In this document: one piece after another, positions 35,426 to 40,537 of the stretch
How positions within the stretch are numbered: position 1 is the stretch's first letter
Layout: each line of letters opens with the position of its first letter
NCBI GenBank assembly: GCA_964564335.1
Contig: CAZMBV010000002.1
Location: forward strand, 1 to 40,537
Length of the DNA stretch: 40,537 nt
From: an uncultured archaeon
Lineage (GTDB): Archaea > Asgardarchaeota > Thorarchaeia > Thorarchaeales > Thorarchaeaceae
Direction: 5' to 3'
The notes under the pieces: model-generated
Database searches by the model: none
Told to the model about the DNA's origin: nothing
What the model saw: the letters and a program-made list of their open reading frames with translations, nothing else
Made by a program: the position numbers and the translations under genes

Positions 35426-37579
35426 TCAATCAAATCTGATATTTTGATTATCTGAACTTCGATATCCACCTGCACGAGCTCCCCAGGTTGCCCATCCAGA
35501 TGTTTCAGTTCGAATTTCATTAGCAAGGCCAAAAGATTCTCTAACTGGAATTTCTGCATGAATTTTGAAAAGGGACCTTTCTGAGTTAATCTCAAGAACT
35601 TGCCCTTTCCTCTTTGCAAGTATCGATGACAATGTTCCAACATATTCTTCTGGAGCACTGATTTCCAATTTAATCCAGGGTTCCAATAATGTGGGGTTTC
35701 CACTCATGACACTTTGCCTGATTGCTTCTAGAAGTGGTTGAGTTATCTCCCCCCAAGAGGTTTCCGGAGCACTGTACTTTAGGTGTGCCTTCTCGATAAT
35801 GACCCATATTTTCCGCATTTTCTCCCCATTGATTGGACCATTCTTAATCATGGTTCTGAATGCTTCCTTTATCCATTCAACTTCTTCTCCATATGGATTG
35901 ATTTTCCCAGATGCATCAATGAGCCAGCAATTTGAGATGTATTCTTTGTCGATAACTGTCCCTAATTCGTCAGATGGATTCTCACTAGTAGGCATCAATA
36001 CCTTTACTGAGAAATTACTTACGTTTTCAGCTTCGGAAGTACAGGTAACTCCATCTTTTGTAATCTGTTCTCGCATCAGAACCATAGGGGTCCCTAGAAT
36101 CACAGCGAGGCCCATTCGAGTCAACTTCTCTACAGTAATCTCAACATGGAGTTCTCCTGCTCCTGAAAGTAGCATTTCTCCCGTTTCCGGATTCACTTCG
36201 AACTCCAGAGCTGGGTCAGACTTGACATAGTCTGCGATAGGTTCTGGAATATTAGCTAGTTCTGACAGATTCCTTGGTTCAACTGTGTACGTCACAACTG
36301 GCTCCATTGGATATTGTAATCCCATCATCGGCACCATGCCTTTGAATTTAGGGTCAACAAGAGTGTCTCCAACAGCTATGTCTTTGATTCCGGTAATGAA
36401 TGCAAGATTTCCTGCAGGAACTGCAGGAAGGTCAACTCTTGTCTTTGACATTGAGAGACCTATTTGAAGCGATTTCACTTGTTCTCCGGTTCTAAGATTG
36501 ATGAGTGGTTTTGCACGTTCTAATATCCCTGAGAATACACGGATTGCAGAAACTGTTGAAGCATGTCTATCTGGTTGAACATCTCCGACAAGACAGATAC
36601 AAGGTCCTTTAGAATCACATGTCATAAGAGACCGCCCCTCTTTAGATTCTATATCTCCTTCCCAAAATGATGGGATCCTGTATTCCTGAGCTCTGATTGG
36701 ATTAGGTATGGTCTGAATAACTGAATCAAGGATGACTCTTGAAACAGGATATAGTTTCATCAGATCTTTTCGCTTCTCATTTCTATAAATACCCTCGATT
36801 TCCTCAAGTAGTTCGATGAATGAATTTGCAAGATCTGTAGGATTTTCACTCCCCCTAGTTCTTTGCTTCAATGTGTCCTTATCTATTCCCCATTTATCTA
36901 GAGCTGAGCCCACACTTAGAGATCCCTTGTTGAAAGAAACCTCCCATTTTTCTAGAAGATCATCATCTAGATATTTTCCGAGCATGGCATTAAATTCTCT
37001 GACTACTCGATTAATCTCCTCTGCAGTCTTTCGACCACTTAGTTTTCTTTCTCTTAGAAGTCTGTCAACTTTGTTAACGAATAATACTGGTTGCACAAGC
37101 TCCTGCATTGCTTGCCTAGTAACAGTTTCAGTTTGAACCATTATTCCTTCAATTGCATCTACAACTACAATTGCACCATCCGTTAGTCTCAATCCTCGAG
37201 TGACATGACTGGAGAAGTCAATATGCCCCGGAGTATCAATGAGATTGATGAGATGTTCTTTCTCTTTCATTACATGCAGAATTGAAATCCCTGATGCTTT
37301 GATGGTAATTCCACGTTCTTGCTCTATGAGGTCATAGTCAAGTAGTCTCGCAGTAGCTGCGACTTCTTGTGAGAGAAGTCCCGAAGCCGCAATTAGCGAA
37401 TCTGTCAAAGTAGTCTTCCCATGATCAATATGTGCAATAACTGTGACATTCCTTATTCTCTCTGTTTCTGTCACTAACCCTGCAGCACGTTCTTTTACGA
37501 ACTTCTTGTAGATATGGGACAATGGAATTCTGCCTACCTTTGAATTACGTATTTTCCCTAGGGATAACAATCTCTTCAT
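35426..37579 (-). CDS. Elongation factor 2 (aEF-2/EF-G family) paralog lacking the diphthamide His loop
   Basis: G1 is AHIDHGKTTLTDSL, G3 is DTPGHIDF and G4 is NKVDR, with five-domain EF-2 colinearity. Domain IV tip reads EKAHLKYSAPETSWGEITQP (complement of about 35745-35790) where EF-2 has H-x-D-x-x-H-R-G. An alternative start at TTG (complement of 37520-37522) gives the canonical N-terminal length. Confidence 0.8.
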   Translation of the reverse strand: MKRLLSLGKIRNSKVGRIPLSHIYKKFVKERAAGLVTETERIRNVTVIAHIDHGKTTLTDSLIAASGLLSQEVAATARLLDYDLIEQERGITIKASGISILHVMKEKEHLINLIDTPGHIDFSSHVTRGLRLTDGAIVVVDAIEGIMVQTETVTRQAMQELVQPVLFVNKVDRLLRERKLSGRKTAEEINRVVREFNAMLGKYLDDDLLEKWEVSFNKGSLSVGSALDKWGIDKDTLKQRTRGSENPTDLANSFIELLEEIEGIYRNEKRKDLMKLYPVSRVILDSVIQTIPNPIRAQEYRIPSFWEGDIESKEGRSLMTCDSKGPCICLVGDVQPDRHASTVSAIRVFSGILERAKPLINLRTGEQVKSLQIGLSMSKTRVDLPAVPAGNLAFITGIKDIAVGDTLVDPKFKGMVPMMGLQYPMEPVVTYTVEPRNLSELANIPEPIADYVKSDPALEFEVNPETGEMLLSGAGELHVEITVEKLTRMGLAVILGTPMVLMREQITKDGVTCTSEAENVSNFSVKVLMPTSENPSDELGTVIDKEYISNCWLIDASGKINPYGEEVEWIKEAFRTMIKNGPINGEKMRKIWVIIEKAHLKYSAPETSWGEITQPLLEAIRQSVMSGNPTLLEPWIKLEISAPEEYVGTLSSILAKRKGQVLEINSERSLFKIHAEIPVRESFGLANEIRTETSGWATWGARAGGYRSSDNQNIRFD

Positions 37580-38129
37580 TACATTTCGAGCATTGCATCT
37601 TTATAGATTTGGAATCTCGTGATATCTCATTCTTGAGGGGTTGGCCACATTTACAAACGTATCCAACAAGTCTGGCTGGATTTCCGACTACGAGACCATA
37701 TGCTGGTACATCTTTCGTCACCACAGCACCACTCCCAATCATGCAATATTCACCGAGAGTTGTATTGCAGACAATAGTTGCATGCGCTCCGATTGAAGCT
37801 CCTTTCTTGACCAACGTCTTGAAGACCTGCCAGTTATCACCAAATGCACGTGGATACATATCATTTGTAAATGTCATGTGTGGTCCGCAGAAAACATCAT
37901 CCTCAATTGTCACTCCATGGTATACTGAAACACCATTTTGGATCTTCACATTGTTTCCTATTACAACATCAGCGTCAATGTACACATCCTTACTTATGTT
38001 ACACCCCTTACCTACCTTCGCAGTCCCTCTTACATGAGCAAAGTGCCAGATACGTGTTCCATCTCCAATATCTGCTCCTTCGTCAACAACGGCTAATGGG
38101 TGTATGAATACATCTGTCATGAGCTTCAC
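37545..38129 (-). CDS. Left-handed beta-helix (hexapeptide-repeat) sugar N-acetyltransferase (WbpD/WlbB-like) with a C-terminal 4-Cys zinc ribbon
   Basis: IHPLAVVDEGADIGDGTRIWHFAHV...GNNVKIQNGVSVYHGVTIEDDVFCGP...GSGAVVTKDVPAYGLVVGNPARLVGYV is followed by CKCG...CSKC. Confidence 0.7.
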   Translation of the reverse strand: MKLMTDVFIHPLAVVDEGADIGDGTRIWHFAHVRGTAKVGKGCNISKDVYIDADVVIGNNVKIQNGVSVYHGVTIEDDVFCGPHMTFTNDMYPRAFGDNWQVFKTLVKKGASIGAHATIVCNTTLGEYCMIGSGAVVTKDVPAYGLVVGNPARLVGYVCKCGQPLKNEISRDSKSIKMQCSKCNEEIVIPRENT

Positions 38130-38155
38130 TAATGAAAAAGTGCTGTTATGCGGTG

Positions 38156-38773
38156 TTAACTCTTACTCTTCCCACGTTTCTTCTTTGATGTAGTTGGGAT
38201 TGCCCATAGTGTACCTTTGTAGGTACTAGTGTTAGGACATCCAACACATTTGTTCATCGTATATCTCTTGCAAGCCTCACAATCCATCTTACAGGGTGCT
38301 TTGGATGATCCCATGTTATCCGGAGCCAGATTAATTTGGAGAAATTTGGGAAGAATTGGTGCATTTCCAAACCATGTTTCTGATTTTCGAATCCCTGGTT
38401 CTGTTCTCATACTGCAGGTTCCTAGGATTGACTCAAGGCTCCAAGTATCTTCTGCAATCATCATTGCAAAGAGATTGTATGAACCTGTAACAGGAGCAAA
38501 CATCAGAAGTCTTGGACAACGTTCATACTTCTTTTTGATATTCTCAGCAACCTCCATGCTCTCAGTTTCTAAACCTAGAAATAGGACTTTTGTATCAGCC
38601 GCTTCGGAATTAATCCCTGCTGAAATCTTGACAAGATTTGCTTTGATTAGTTTGTCTAATCTCTTGCTAACTGCTACATGTGACATTCCAAGAGACTTTC
38701 CAATCTCAGAAAGACTTGTTCGACCGTCCTCTTGCAGTATTGAAACGAGCTTTTTATCGGTATTATCCATCAC
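38156..38773 (-). CDS. Lrp/AsnC-family transcriptional regulator with a C-terminal Cys-rich extension and basic tail
   Basis: The N-terminal wHTH is KKLVSILQEDGRTSLSEIGKSLGMSHVAVSKRLDKLIKANLV. A RAM-like middle domain follows. The C-terminus reads CKMDCEACKRYTMNKCVGCP...KKKRGKSKS. Confidence 0.75.
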   Translation of the reverse strand: MMDNTDKKLVSILQEDGRTSLSEIGKSLGMSHVAVSKRLDKLIKANLVKISAGINSEAADTKVLFLGLETESMEVAENIKKKYERCPRLLMFAPVTGSYNLFAMMIAEDTWSLESILGTCSMRTEPGIRKSETWFGNAPILPKFLQINLAPDNMGSSKAPCKMDCEACKRYTMNKCVGCPNTSTYKGTLWAIPTTSKKKRGKSKS

Positions 38774-38858
38774 TGTTTTGCACCCGGTGTTGAGATTACA
38801 ACTTGAAACCGTTTCGTGGTTGCAAGTTAAAGGTCTATATGAATGCCGCGGAAGACGC

Positions 38859-39551
38859 CTACACTTCTTCAGCTATACTCCAATCATTCTTGTAGATGTG
38901 TGCATTAATAGAAAGTGTTGTTATAGTGCCGGGTTTCAAGTTAGTTTTCTCTGAAACATAGGCGAGAAGTTCTCCCAGAGCGTAAACATTAGCAGGCCAA
39001 GCACCATACATATCATTGGAACGGATCATAACGGACAAATCCAGTAGACCCTCACGGACCATGAATACAAAATGGTTCAGACAAGGGACCTCATCCACAA
39101 CGGTGTCTTTTCGAGGGTCCCAGGTTGTTGCGACTGCGCGCCTAGAATTTGGACTTTCCTTTAGTTTCGTAATAACGTAATCTATCTGATTGATTTCATC
39201 TCCCCATGCATTGAGTCTTTCTCCATAGGTATAATCAAAATCAAGTCGGTCGGGGTTTAGCAATTGAGTAGCATACTTTTCCTTGAGTACACCTTCACTG
39301 AAAGGATATTTCTTACTTACTCTATCCACGTACGGGTCTGCAATATGAATCATAACATTACTATGCCATTTGGTTTCGCTACCTCTTTCATCGACACGTA
39401 CCATTCCACTATCCATAATTTTTCTAACAACTCGAATCCATCCATCCTCTGGACTCTTTGCTTTCAGATACGTTGGCATGAAGTAATCACCATCTTCAGT
39501 ACTCAGTCCATCACACAGCTTCCTTATTCTAGCTTTTGTCTTGTAAACCAT
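38859..39551 (-). CDS. thyA: Thymidylate synthase, ThyA family (short archaeal type)
   Basis: SRRAVATTWDP, the PCLNHFVFMVREGLLDLSVMIRSNDMYGAWPANV active-site Cys region, and SINAHIY. Confidence 0.8.
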   Translation of the reverse strand: MVYKTKARIRKLCDGLSTEDGDYFMPTYLKAKSPEDGWIRVVRKIMDSGMVRVDERGSETKWHSNVMIHIADPYVDRVSKKYPFSEGVLKEKYATQLLNPDRLDFDYTYGERLNAWGDEINQIDYVITKLKESPNSRRAVATTWDPRKDTVVDEVPCLNHFVFMVREGLLDLSVMIRSNDMYGAWPANVYALGELLAYVSEKTNLKPGTITTLSINAHIYKNDWSIAEEV

Positions 39552-39877
39552 TCCCTTTCTATTGTCGGAATTTCGACAATGATTCGCGCCAAACTATATC
39601 CCGATTTGTTTCATGTATTGGTGGTACTTACTAGATACTTGTTCAATGAATTGCTCTTGAGTTGCAAAATTCAAGCTATTAACACTGTTAATCGAACCAA
39701 GTTTTGTACGACCTTAAGTAGCACCGGAAGTGATTCATATTGTGGACAATGAACGAACCACTCCTTCCCGGAAACGTCTTAAAACTTAGCGACAGGCCGA
39801 CTCCACACGTGACAACGCTTTTATTCCAAGAACACCAAAGTGTCTTTTACCCCCTTCTCGCCGGGAGGGAAGGTTGA

Positions 39878-40189
39878 GTGATTCATACGCCGGGAGGACT
39901 AGCTACGAAGCCGATTTTATATCTATTCACACAGGACAACTGTGTAAATTGTCCTGCAGCAAAAGCAGTAGTCGATGAAGCTTTTAGCGGGTCTGATTGC
40001 GTTGAGGTGAAAACTGTGGATCTACAGAAAATGGACCCAGACTTTGAGTTCTTACTATTGGAACATCAAATTTTCATTTCTAGCACTCCCACAATTATCC
40101 TTGAGAACAAGGGTACGATGAAACTACTCTACAGCGGAAAAATTCCTGACATTGATGACATCCGAAGGGAGGTCCAAGATTTCGCATGA
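39878..40189 (+). CDS. Glutaredoxin-like (NrdH-like) thioredoxin-fold protein, CxxC = CVNC
   Basis: ILYLFTQDNCVNCPAAKAVVDE...TPTIILENKG. GTG start with GGGAGGGAAGG 9 nt upstream. ATGA overlap with the downstream RNR gene. Confidence 0.65.
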   Translation: MIHTPGGLATKPILYLFTQDNCVNCPAAKAVVDEAFSGSDCVEVKTVDLQKMDPDFEFLLLEHQIFISSTPTIILENKGTMKLLYSGKIPDIDDIRREVQDFA

Positions 40190-40537
40190 CTGACATTCGT
40201 AGCACGCTAACAGATGCAGAGGATCTTCGTATGAGAGAGAAGAAGATGCCCAAGGTTCGTACGACCAGTAGCACCATGGAGACCTTTGATGCCAACAAAA
40301 TCATTGATAGTCTTGTTTTGGAAGCTAAGCTACAGCGTACTGACGCACATCTAGTAGCAGTACGAGTCATGGATCGTATCGTAGCCTCTGGGATTAAGTT
40401 CCTCTCTGGGCCTCTCATACGTGAAATGTGTAACAGTGTCCTTGCTGAAATGGGATTTGAACGAGAGAGAGTTCTCTATACTCGTGTTGGAATCCCAATG
40501 TACGACCTTGGCATGCTCATACACAATACTGGCGACC
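40186..40537 (+). CDS. nrdD: Ribonucleoside-triphosphate reductase, probably anaerobic class III (NrdD); N-terminal ATP-cone, with the 3' end running off the right edge
   Basis: Absent from the ORF track because no stop lies in the window. From ATG 40186 it reads MTDIRSTL...KVRTTSSTMETFDANKIIDSLVLEAKL...IKFLSGPLIREMCNSVLAEMGFERERVLYTRVGIPMYDL, an ATP-cone followed by a Y-T-R-V-G-x-P segment as in archaeal NrdD. Confidence 0.65.
   Translation, partial: MTDIRSTLTDAEDLRMREKKMPKVRTTSSTMETFDANKIIDSLVLEAKLQRTDAHLVAVRVMDRIVASGIKFLSGPLIREMCNSVLAEMGFERERVLYTRVGIPMYDLGMLIHNTGD

Noticed and set aside
37522-39752. Plus-strand ORFs 37522-38037 (171 aa), 38229-38954 (241 aa) and 39264-39752 (162 aa)
   Set aside because: Each is antisense to a motif-supported gene (the LbH acetyltransferase, the Lrp-family regulator and thyA) and gives low-complexity, motif-free translations.
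39859-39897. A direct repeat of CGCCGGGAGG (39859-39868 and 39888-39897) upstream of and within the start of the NrdH-like gene
   Set aside because: Both copies are Shine-Dalgarno-like GGGAGG strings. The first is correctly spaced before GTG 39878. The second has no in-frame canonical start after it. A 10-mer occurring twice is too little to call a regulatory element.
1-40537. The window as a mobile element, provirus or defence island
   Set aside because: No integrase, transposase, terminal repeats, tRNA attachment site, CRISPR-cas, restriction-modification or toxin-antitoxin signatures were seen. Housekeeping genes (tgtA, hflX, thyA, nrdD, cofE) are interspersed throughout.

Overview
This window reads as a chromosomal segment from an archaeon, most likely an Asgard-group archaeon. 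That placement is an inference. It rests on strictly archaeal housekeeping genes (archaeosine tRNA-guanine transglycosylase, MtrA/MtrH-type methyltransferase subunits, CofE, family B DNA polymerase, aEF-2-like GTPase) sitting beside eukaryote-signature-type genes (two Rab/Ras-like small GTPases, a Roadblock/LC7 protein, WD40 and HEAT repeat proteins). I support 28 protein-coding genes. Two are partial genes at the window edges that are missing from the ORF track: tgtA at the left edge and nrdD at the right edge. I found no rRNA, tRNA, CRISPR array, transposase or integrase. Gene packing is tight, with many ATGA/GTGA start-stop overlaps.

Four regions stand out:
1. 2293-16876: two translationally coupled giant single-pass surface proteins (about 2230 and 2630 aa). 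One is built on about two dozen thrombospondin-type-3-like Ca-binding repeats, the other on FG-GAP/integrin-alpha-like propeller repeats.
2. 16950-24235: a same-strand cluster of MetF-like reductase, MtrH-like, soluble MtrA-like corrinoid protein, second MtrH-like, ASKHA ATPase, CofE and LarC. I read it as a soluble corrinoid-dependent methyl-pterin methyltransferase system. The MtrA-like gene has no canonical start codon and continues in frame from the TAG stop of the upstream mtrH.
3. 27037-31175 (possibly to 35417): a compact module of two Rab-like GTPases, a HEAT protein, a WD40 protein and a Roadblock protein. It is followed by an operon of a thioredoxin-fold protein, two KaiC-like ATPases and a 765-aa helical protein. 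This is my best candidate for an undescribed GTPase-switch/scaffold system.
4. Divergent paralogs of core machinery: a family B polymerase with a degenerate motif C, coupled to a 91-aa ORF, and an EF-2 paralog that lacks the diphthamide histidine loop.

All functional calls come from motif recognition by eye. No searches were run.
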